A stretch of DNA of 14,584 nt. It comes from a bacterium (lineage in GTDB: Bacteria > CALINM01). Positions 1-7,000 of this stretch are shown piece by piece. Numbering within the stretch: position 1 is the first letter of the stretch; each line of letters begins with the position of its first letter. The position numbers and the translations under genes are program-made. The DNA lies in NCBI GenBank assembly GCA_041640455.1, contig JBEQAF010000055.1, positions 1-14,584 on the forward strand, written 5' to 3'. The notes below the pieces were generated by a model. It was not told the DNA's origin and ran no database searches. It was given only the letters and a program-made list of their open reading frames with translations.

Positions 1-46
1 CCTTAGTAGCTTCTATCTCCCTCAGTTCATGATATAAAACGCTCAT
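1..46 (-). CDS. 5' end of a gene running off the left edge (MSVLYHELREIEATK...); possibly an IS transposase
   Basis: ATG at 46-44, with SD GGAGG at 59-55 (8-nt spacing); the frame is open to the window edge. Only 15 residues are visible. The transposase call is inferred from its position about 185 nt inside the repeated 59-bp terminus. Confidence 0.55.
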   Translation of the reverse strand, partial: MSVLYHELREIEATK

Positions 47-109
47 AGGCTGTTCCTCCATCCTTTAAGTGATCTCACCTTCCTCTGCCAGGAGAAACCC
101 AGTCTCTTC

Positions 110-118
110 ATTATATCA
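110..118 (-). promoter_or_regulatory. Extended -10 promoter element (TGnTATAAT) upstream of the left-edge gene
   Basis: The minus strand reads TGATATAAT at 118-110; there is no good -35 at 17-nt spacing. Confidence 0.4.
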
Positions 119-171
119 AGTATTCTGTGGAAAGCCTCTTTCCTGCTTATCGTTTCCTTTGCATCCTTCCA

Positions 172-230
172 TTCACCTCCTTTTACTTCAATAAAATCAA
201 ACTGGTTAATATGTCTATACCTATCTGGTA
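172..230 (-). repeat. Copy 1 of a perfect 59-bp inverted repeat
   Basis: The reverse complement TACCAGATAGGTATAGACATATTAACCAGTTTGATTTTATTGAAGTAAAAGGAGGTGAA is identical (59/59) to 14174-14232. Confidence 0.97.
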
Positions 231-247
231 CACTGACAAAAAAGTAT

Positions 248-277
248 TTGACAAAAGATAACTTTTTATAGTATAAA
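248..277 (+). promoter_or_regulatory. sigma70-type promoter of the tRNA operon
   Basis: Consensus TTGACA at 248-253, an 18-nt spacer, and TATAAA at 272-277, 19 nt before tRNA-Lys. Confidence 0.75.
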
Positions 278-296
278 GTTATACTCTAAATTATTT

Positions 297-372
297 GAGC
301 CGCTAGCTCAGGCGGTAGAGCATCTGCCTTTTAAGCAGGTGGTCGATGGTTCGAATCCATCGCGGCTCACCA
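297..372 (+). tRNA. tRNA-Lys (anticodon TTT), CCA encoded
   Basis: 76-nt cloverleaf: acceptor GAGCCGC/GCGGCTC, D arm GCTC/GAGC, anticodon arm TCTGC-CTTTTAA-GCAGG, T loop TTCGAAT, 3' ACCA. Confidence 0.97.
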
Positions 373-373
373 C

Positions 374-446
374 GTCCCCATCGTCTAGAGGCCAAGGACA
401 CGGGCCTTTCACGCCTGTAACCGGGGTTCGAATCCCCGTGGGGACG
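374..446 (+). tRNA. tRNA-Glu (anticodon TTC), CCA not encoded
   Basis: Acceptor GTCCCCA/TGGGGAC with discriminator G, anticodon arm CGGGC-CTTTCAC-GCCTG, T arm CGGGG-TTCGAAT-CCCCG. Confidence 0.96.
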
Positions 447-462
447 TTTTAATATTTCTTCT

Positions 463-1341
463 ATGAATTATCAAGGTATAATAATTCGCCCGCCCAGTGA
501 AGCAAACAGTCTTATACTCCAGGTTACAGTAGGCTGTACCCATAATAAATGCACCTTTTGCCCCACTTACAAGGATGTCAAGTTCAGGCTTAAATCGACT
601 GAAATAATAGAAAAAGACATTGAATATGCCCGCAAAAGATGGGGCAGTCTTGTTAGAAGAATCTTTCTTTGCGATGGTGATGTGCTTACTCTGAAAACAG
701 AATATTTAATAAATCTTCTTGACCAGCTTAACCAGGCATTTCCTAACCTTACACGGGTTGGTGTTTACGGAAGTCATAAAAGCTTAAAAAATAAGACCAC
801 AGATGAGCTTGTTGAACTAAAAAATAGAAAACTGGGGATTGTTTATTTTGGTATAGAGTCTGGAGACGATATTGTGCTTAAAAAAATTGAAAAAGGGGCT
901 GATTCTCAGGATATGATAAGGGCATGCAGAAAAATTAAAGAAGCTGGCTTAAAGCTTTCTGTTACTGTTTTGCTTGGTATAGGAGGAGATAAAAGATCAG
1001 AAGAACACGCAATTAACACCGGCAAAATACTTACCGAGATACAGCCCGACTATGTAGGGGCTTTAACGGTTATTGTATGTGAAAATACGCCTCTCTACCA
1101 TCATATGCAGTCAGGGATTTTTAAACTGCCTGAACCATTAGCTTTACTTAACGAACTCAAAATCATGCTTGAACATACGGAGATGAAAAAGGGGCTTTTT
1201 ATGGCGAATCATGCCTCAAACTATATTCCACTTAAACTAAGGATGCCTCAGGACAAGGAAAGGGCTATAAAGGAACTAAAAAGCATTATTCAGAGCGGAA
1301 ATAGAACTGTTCTTAAGCCTGAATTTTTAAGGGCTCTATAG
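463..1341 (+). CDS. Radical SAM protein of an uncharacterised family (RPPSEA N-terminus, CX4CX2C motif)
   Basis: 292 aa; GCTHNKCTFC cluster motif, FLCDGD, YFGIESGDD, VTVLLGIGG and ANHASNY motifs. Confidence 0.9.
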   Translation: MNYQGIIIRPPSEANSLILQVTVGCTHNKCTFCPTYKDVKFRLKSTEIIEKDIEYARKRWGSLVRRIFLCDGDVLTLKTEYLINLLDQLNQAFPNLTRVGVYGSHKSLKNKTTDELVELKNRKLGIVYFGIESGDDIVLKKIEKGADSQDMIRACRKIKEAGLKLSVTVLLGIGGDKRSEEHAINTGKILTEIQPDYVGALTVIVCENTPLYHHMQSGIFKLPEPLALLNELKIMLEHTEMKKGLFMANHASNYIPLKLRMPQDKERAIKELKSIIQSGNRTVLKPEFLRAL

Positions 1342-3051
1342 CTTTCTTATACCGTATGGGATTGAAAAATCTATTTTTAGATCTCTTTGTCTCAAAAAGT
1401 ATTGACCTTCGCCGATTTTTACTCTTGTTACAAAGAGCGGTATATTCTGCCACTTTAATATAAGTGGGAAGAGATTTAAAAAGCTTTTAGCTATCCCCAC
1501 ATCGGGTGAAAATGATATAGCTTTTATCCCGAGAGATTTATAAAACAAGGCGGACATACTGTTTGTGCAGTAAAGATAAAATGAACCGTACAGGTTGGCA
1601 TCTTTAAAAAGTCTTGCTTCCGCAGGATGAGAAATAATCAGATTTTTCTTGTTAGAGAAATATTCATAATCTTTAGAATCAAAAATATGGGGGGGTATAA
1701 AATAAAAGCTTTTTCCGTCAATCTGGTACGTAATGTTTCGGGGCTGAAACCTTAAAACTTTCTCTTCTGGCTTGCCATCATTGCTTTTATAAAGGGCAAG
1801 ATAACTATTCCATCCTTTTTCAGCCCTTTCTAAATAGCTCATAACAGGAGGCATTGGTATCGGTTTCAGACTCTTAATTTTTACCCCATCTCTTCTATTT
1901 ATTAAATAAATTCTGTCACCGGCTGATAGCTTTTTACCACTGTAAGGTATGCCTATGTAATCACCTGTTACAGCATTTTTGGCTCTACCTTCCTTCTTAT
2001 AAAGGGCTTTAATAGGTATCTTGTATCTCTCTTTCCCCGAGTTATCCACAACTCTTATCATATCTCCAACAGATAGTGGTGCTCTTGTTTTGAAAAATAC
2101 CGACCGTTCAAAAACTCCGCTAATTTTACCTATATACAGACCCGCAGAGGGGCTCTGATCAATAAGTCTATTTGAGCTAAACTGACCTTCAAAAAATCCA
2201 TCTGATAATTCTCTTGACTGTTCAATGTTTTTTAGTTTATCCATCACCTCTTTAAGCTGAAGGTCATTGAGTTGCTTTTTATTCAGACCATCAATAATAC
2301 TTCTATAAGCAGAAACCACTGAATAGGTATAATCTATGCCCTTTAGCCTACCTTCTATTTTTATACTGTTTATCCCCATCTTCTTTAATGTTTTCAGGTA
2401 TTCAAGCCCGTTCAGATCTTTCATGGAGAAGAAAAATTTATTTTCTTTTGACTCCCTTTCAAATGCCCATCTGCAGGGCTGGACACACTCGCCTCTGTTA
2501 CCGCTTTTTCCTGTAATCTGACTGGAAAAATGACATAAACCTGATAAGGAAAAACACATAGCTCCATGTATGAATACCTCAATCTCAATACTTACACTAT
2601 TTCTTATTTTCTCTATGTCTTTAATGGTAAGCTGTCTTTCAAGAATGATTCTTTTGAAGCCCAGATCCTGCAAGAACTTTGCTTTAACCGAATTAGTGGT
2701 TGCCATCTGGGTGCTGGCAATTAGCGCCAGATTTATTCCAAAATCTTTTACAATTTTATAAATCCCGTAATCTTGAATGATGATCCCGTCAACGGCTATC
2801 TCTTCGAGAAAGTAAAGAGTTTCTATGAGCTCTTTGATCTCTTCTTCATAGATCAGTGTATTAAGAGCAACAAATATTTTTTTACCACAGGATTTTGCAT
2901 AGTTAAGCCCTGTATATAACTCTTCTCTGGAAAAATTTTTTGCCCTTTTTCTGGCAGAGAAATTTTTAAGCCCCAGATATACTGCATCGGCACCTGCATC
3001 AAATGCAGCTTTGAGATTGTTTAAATCTCTTGCCGGAGCTAATAGTTCCAT
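1336..3051 (-). CDS. U32 'peptidase' family Fe-S protein (RlhA/TrhP-like RNA hydroxylase)
   Basis: 571 aa; MELLAPA, GADAVYLG, ASTQM, EVFIHGAMCFSLSGLC, SGNRGECVQPCR and SIKIEGRLK motifs; divergent C-terminal half. Confidence 0.9.
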   Translation of the reverse strand: MELLAPARDLNNLKAAFDAGADAVYLGLKNFSARKRAKNFSREELYTGLNYAKSCGKKIFVALNTLIYEEEIKELIETLYFLEEIAVDGIIIQDYGIYKIVKDFGINLALIASTQMATTNSVKAKFLQDLGFKRIILERQLTIKDIEKIRNSVSIEIEVFIHGAMCFSLSGLCHFSSQITGKSGNRGECVQPCRWAFERESKENKFFFSMKDLNGLEYLKTLKKMGINSIKIEGRLKGIDYTYSVVSAYRSIIDGLNKKQLNDLQLKEVMDKLKNIEQSRELSDGFFEGQFSSNRLIDQSPSAGLYIGKISGVFERSVFFKTRAPLSVGDMIRVVDNSGKERYKIPIKALYKKEGRAKNAVTGDYIGIPYSGKKLSAGDRIYLINRRDGVKIKSLKPIPMPPVMSYLERAEKGWNSYLALYKSNDGKPEEKVLRFQPRNITYQIDGKSFYFIPPHIFDSKDYEYFSNKKNLIISHPAEARLFKDANLYGSFYLYCTNSMSALFYKSLGIKAISFSPDVGIAKSFLNLFPLILKWQNIPLFVTRVKIGEGQYFLRQRDLKIDFSIPYGIRKL

Positions 3052-3052
3052 A

Positions 3053-4420
3053 TTAGAGGTTGTAATGCTTCATCTTATATCTCAACGTGCTTCTGTCCAT
3101 TGAGAGAAGCCTTGCCGCTTCTGTTTTATTGTTGTCAGATCGACGGAGTGCCTCAATAATAATCTGCTTCTCCAGACCTTCTATGAACTGCTCTAAACCA
3201 ATACTGAAAGCTTTTGATATTTCAAACTTACTGTCATTCTGCTGATTTTTGCCACTTAACTCTGAAGGAAGCTGTTCCGCTCCTATATATTCAGCATCTT
3301 CAAGAAGACATATCTTTTCGATAATATTTCTTAACTCCCTTACATTTCCGGGAAAATAATAGTTTTCAAGTATTTTCTCCGCCTCTTCAGTAAACCCTTT
3401 TATATTTTTATTAAACTGGCTGTTAAAACTGACAAGAAAGTATTTTGCCAGAGCCATTATATCTTCTTTTCTTTCTCTAAGTGGCGGAATATTTATCTCT
3501 ATTACCTTCAGCCTGTAATATAGATCCTTTCTAAATCTGTTTTCTTCTATAAGCCTTTCAAGATCCTGATTGGTAGCCGCTATAACCTGAATATCTATAT
3601 TTATATCCGTTGTACCCCCCAGCCTTCTTATAGACCTTTCCTCAAGGGTCCTCAAAAGCTTTGACTGAAGTTCGTAGCTCATATCGCCTATCTCATCAAG
3701 AAAAAGAGTACCTCTGTTAGCCTTTTCCAGTAGCCCCACCTTTTTTTCCTTAGCATCAGTGAACGCCCCTTTTTCGTATCCATAAAGCTCGCTCTCCAAT
3801 AGATTAGCAGGTATGGATGAACAGTTAATGGCAACAAAGGGGTATATGGACCTTCTACCTTCATAATGGATAGCCTTTGCAATAACCTCCTTGCCAACAC
3901 CGCTTTCGCCCCTGATAAGAACAGAGTTTACCCCCTTGTCAGCAATCTTTCTGACAATCTTGAAAATATCCTGCATCTTTTCAGATCTACCAATAATACT
4001 TTTAATCCCATACTTTTCCGCATTTAATCTCTGGAGCTCCCTGATCTCTCTGTTGAGCCTCTTTGCATCCATCGCAAGTTTGATTATCACTTCTATATCC
4101 TTAGTTCTGAAGGGTTTCTGAATAAAGTCATAGGCTCCTTTTTTAATGGCGCTTACCGCATCTGATATGGTTCCATAGGCTGTCATCATTATAACAATAG
4201 GCTTCTCTTTACTTTTTGAAATAAAATCAAGAAGTTCTATCCCCTGCCCATCAGGAAGTTTCAGATCAAGCAGAATCAGATCAAAGATATCTCTGTCAAT
4301 GGCTTCCTTTGCTTTTGCTATGGTTTCTGCAGACTCGATATAGTAGCCCTTACCAGAAAGGAATCCAGTTAGTGACTCTGTTATAATCTCCTCATCATCT
4401 ACAATTAAAATCTTCTCCAT
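3053..4420 (-). CDS. sigma54-dependent response regulator (NtrC/AtoC family; REC-AAA+-Fis HTH)
   Basis: 455 aa; receiver ILIVDDE...LLDLKLPD, Walker A GESGVGKE, GAFTDA loop, Walker B TLFLDEIG, FPGNVREL, and C-terminal HTH NKTEAARLL. Confidence 0.95.
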   Translation of the reverse strand: MEKILIVDDEEIITESLTGFLSGKGYYIESAETIAKAKEAIDRDIFDLILLDLKLPDGQGIELLDFISKSKEKPIVIMMTAYGTISDAVSAIKKGAYDFIQKPFRTKDIEVIIKLAMDAKRLNREIRELQRLNAEKYGIKSIIGRSEKMQDIFKIVRKIADKGVNSVLIRGESGVGKEVIAKAIHYEGRRSIYPFVAINCSSIPANLLESELYGYEKGAFTDAKEKKVGLLEKANRGTLFLDEIGDMSYELQSKLLRTLEERSIRRLGGTTDINIDIQVIAATNQDLERLIEENRFRKDLYYRLKVIEINIPPLRERKEDIMALAKYFLVSFNSQFNKNIKGFTEEAEKILENYYFPGNVRELRNIIEKICLLEDAEYIGAEQLPSELSGKNQQNDSKFEISKAFSIGLEQFIEGLEKQIIIEALRRSDNNKTEAARLLSMDRSTLRYKMKHYNL

Positions 4421-4422
4421 CT

Positions 4423-5916
4423 CTATACTCTTTTAATTTTTGGTATGCTTATCAGAAACTCTGTGAAGCTTTCACCATCACTTTTTACATCAATTCTGCC
4501 ATTATGGGCTTCAATAATAGCCTTACATAAATAAAGCCCAAGCCCTGTCCCTCCTTTTTTTGTAGTATAAAAGGGTTCGTATATCTTGTCTATAATATCT
4601 TTTTTTATACCTGTCCCTCTATCTTTGAAGGATATTTTAATACTATCTACTTTCTCTTCCAGAGAAATTTCAATAATACCACCATCAGGAAGGGCTTCGA
4701 GGCTGTTTTTAAAAAGGTTCATAAAAACCTGATTCAGTTTTTTGCTGTCAATATGAGCCATAATAGCATCTGATTTATTGTGGCATATAATCTTTATATT
4801 CTTTTTATCTGCCATTTCTTTTACTCTTACAACAAAATCACCGATAAAATCTACCAAATTTTCCTGCTTCAGCTTAACAGACTGGGGCTTGCTAATCTCC
4901 AGAAGCGCATTTATCAGCTCTTCAATGTCTGAAAGCTCTTTTAGGATTTTATCCACTATTCTTTTCTGACTATCGGTAATATTTTCGGCATCCTTGAGCA
5001 TTTCAAGCGATATGTTTATCCCTGTGATTGGATTTCTTATCTCATGGGCAATCCCTGCTGAAAGCTGACCTATAAGCACCATTCTGTCTGCCCTTTCCTT
5101 ATCCTGAATAGCCCTTCTTAGCTCAGTAATATCATCTATAATCATAAGTACATCACCGACGGTCAGATCTTCAAAAAGCGGCACCAGTCCAATATTAAAA
5201 TACTCACCTGTTCCACTTTCAATCTCAATATTTTTTATGGCAATTTTTCTTTCAAAAACATCTTTTAAAGCCTTTAAAAAAATATTTTTAGGAAATATTT
5301 CATCAATCTTTTTGCCTCTTAGATTATCCTTTTTTAACAAAATGGCGGCACTTCTGTTATAAGTTTTTATAAACCAGTCTGTATTAATTACCAGAATGCC
5401 GCTGGGTATGTTTAAAAGTATTGTATCTCTGAATTCTTTGCTTCTAAGGAGTCTTTTATGATAAATATAGCTCTCTACAGTGACACCCACCTGATATCCA
5501 AATAAATTTAAAAGCTCTTTTTCATTGTCTGTGAGAGGTGCTCCAATCCTTTTTCCGCCTATAACACCTAAAATATTTTTCTTTCCTCTGGCTGGAGCGG
5601 CTATAAACTGCATGGTACTGTCACCAATCTCTTTGCTAAAGGTTATTATCTCATCTTTCTGAACCACCTCTCCGATATAGCCTTCTCCCACATTATAAAT
5701 TTTTTTATCGTTTAAATCCGTTGATAGCTCAAGCATAAGATGTTCTCTTGATTCGTCAATAACATAAAAAAAGGCATCATTCAAATTAAAAACTGACTGA
5801 AGCCCCTTTATTACCACATCGGATATCTCTTTTCTTTCAGGGCTGAAGTTCAGCTCTTTAATGGCATCAAGCAAGTTGTAAAGTATGGAAAGCTTCTGCA
5901 GAGGCATCCTATCCAC
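4423..5916 (-). CDS. Cytoplasmic sensor histidine kinase (GAF-PAS-HisKA-HATPase); start at GTG 5916 or ATG 5907
   Basis: H box AGIAHEIRNPI, N box QVFMNLFKNS, DRGTGI, EPFYTTK and GTGLGL. PAS-like segment ILLNIPSGILVIN, GAF-like N-terminus, no obvious transmembrane helix. Confidence 0.92.
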   Translation of the reverse strand: MDRMPLQKLSILYNLLDAIKELNFSPERKEISDVVIKGLQSVFNLNDAFFYVIDESREHLMLELSTDLNDKKIYNVGEGYIGEVVQKDEIITFSKEIGDSTMQFIAAPARGKKNILGVIGGKRIGAPLTDNEKELLNLFGYQVGVTVESYIYHKRLLRSKEFRDTILLNIPSGILVINTDWFIKTYNRSAAILLKKDNLRGKKIDEIFPKNIFLKALKDVFERKIAIKNIEIESGTGEYFNIGLVPLFEDLTVGDVLMIIDDITELRRAIQDKERADRMVLIGQLSAGIAHEIRNPITGINISLEMLKDAENITDSQKRIVDKILKELSDIEELINALLEISKPQSVKLKQENLVDFIGDFVVRVKEMADKKNIKIICHNKSDAIMAHIDSKKLNQVFMNLFKNSLEALPDGGIIEISLEEKVDSIKISFKDRGTGIKKDIIDKIYEPFYTTKKGGTGLGLYLCKAIIEAHNGRIDVKSDGESFTEFLISIPKIKRV

Positions 5917-6133
5917 CAGCTATAGGCGGGAATAAAGAGACCGTATCACCATCTTTAAGCGGATAATCATCATTTGCAAACTCTCCGTTTACAAGCCTGA
6001 TCAGCGGCATATCATCGGGGATATTAAAATAATCTCTTATATCCTTTAATTTAACATTCTCAGGAAATTCAATCTCGCTATATTTGGGACCAAAGTCTCT
6101 TAATGTGGCAAAAAGTTTCACCGTTATCTTCAT
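5909..6133 (-). CDS. MoaD/ThiS family ubiquitin-like sulfur carrier protein
   Basis: 74 aa; MKITVKLFATLR N-terminus, LVNG, and LKDGDTVSLFPPIAGG ending in Gly-Gly. Confidence 0.92.
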   Translation of the reverse strand: MKITVKLFATLRDFGPKYSEIEFPENVKLKDIRDYFNIPDDMPLIRLVNGEFANDDYPLKDGDTVSLFPPIAGG

Positions 6134-6140
6134 ATTTTAA

Positions 6141-6146
6141 ATTATA
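6141..6146 (-). promoter_or_regulatory. -10 box of a probable leaderless promoter for the MoaD-like gene
   Basis: TATAAT lies 7 nt before the ATG; there is no SD. Confidence 0.55.
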
Positions 6147-6419
6147 TAAGAAAGGTGGATATTAAAAAAGTGTTTTATTTATTAGGTGCATTCGTTCAGT
6201 TGCTATTTTCATTGAAGCTTTTTTGATTCTGCTCTCGGCTGATTACAAGCTATTTTTCTATCAATTAGCCTTTTTATGCTACTAAAATCGGCTGTAAGAA
6301 GTGTATTTTTAGGATTCTTATAAAATTTGACCTGTATTTTATCTGATAGTTATTGCCTTCTTTTAATTAGCCATCAGAAGCAAAGGTGTTGCGAACAAAA
6401 CATAAGATTTCTTTTTAAT

Positions 6420-6998
6420 TTATCCTCTCAATCCTAAGAAGATTGAAGCAAAGGTAGCAAAAGCGGTTATCATCATAATTATAGCGGAAAGCTTCTTAAA
6501 TGGTATTTTAGGTAGCCATCGCTGAACATGACTGCCAAGAAATACCGCCAGCACTGTGGCAACAAACAGGGCTAAAAAACAGCCCGAAAAGACCAATCCG
6601 AACTCCTTAAAACGTGCACCCAGAACTATTGAGCAGATCTGAGTTTTATCTCCCAGCTCTCCGATGAATATGGAGCTGAATGCCATAATAAATCCGTTTC
6701 TTTTTTTCCCTGTTCTTTTATCTTTCTCATCATTCTCTTGCTTTTCAAAAAGAAGATATAACCCAAAAAACAAAAATATTAATCCTGAAACAGATTTTAT
6801 AAGAACTGGAGAAAGTAGATGAGCCACCTTTTCACCTATGAAAACTCCTGGTCCATTAAGTAGCCCAAAAGCCAGAAGTGCGCCTGCAAGGATGGGATAG
6901 GCTCCGAACTCAAGGCTTAGTGAAAATACAAGAAGCTGGGTCTTATCACCCATCTCGGCAGTTAAGATCATGAGAAAGGATGTTAAAAAACTTTCCAA
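6420..6998 (-). CDS. TMEM165/GDT1 (UPF0016) family Mn2+/Ca2+ transporter
   Basis: 192 aa with TTG start; duplicated signature EMGDKTQ and ELGDKTQ, hydrophobic helices and a charged central loop. Confidence 0.93.
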   Translation of the reverse strand: MESFLTSFLMILTAEMGDKTQLLVFSLSLEFGAYPILAGALLAFGLLNGPGVFIGEKVAHLLSPVLIKSVSGLIFLFFGLYLLFEKQENDEKDKRTGKKRNGFIMAFSSIFIGELGDKTQICSIVLGARFKEFGLVFSGCFLALFVATVLAVFLGSHVQRWLPKIPFKKLSAIIMMITAFATFASIFLGLRG

Positions 6999-7000
6999 AG

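Larger units (their letters stand above)
1..230 (-). mobile_element. Putative end of an insertion sequence, reading leftward out of the window
   Basis: The terminal 59 bp recur identically at 14174-14232, with a sharp boundary at TACCAGATAGG. An extended -10 (TGATATAAT, 118-110) and an SD-led gene follow. No catalytic transposase motif is visible. Confidence 0.45.

Noticed and set aside
172..230. The 59-bp repeat as a CRISPR repeat or a coding PD-(D/E)XK fragment (FDFIEVKGG)
   Set aside because: There are only two distant inverted copies, no spacer array and no cas genes. The peptide frame has no start codon upstream of the motif in either copy, and its VKGGE residues are simply the translated SD sequence.
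258..282. loxP-like sequence ATAACTTTTTATA-G-TATAAAGTTAT
   Set aside because: The left arm matches loxP 11/13, but the spacer is 1 nt instead of 8 and the right arm is 2 nt short. It overlaps an AT-rich promoter and no tyrosine recombinase is visible.
2336..4969. Short ORFs 2336-2521, 2570-2761, 3688-3900, 3891-4121 and 4778-4969
   Set aside because: Antisense or alternate-frame shadows inside well-supported genes, with no recognisable motifs.
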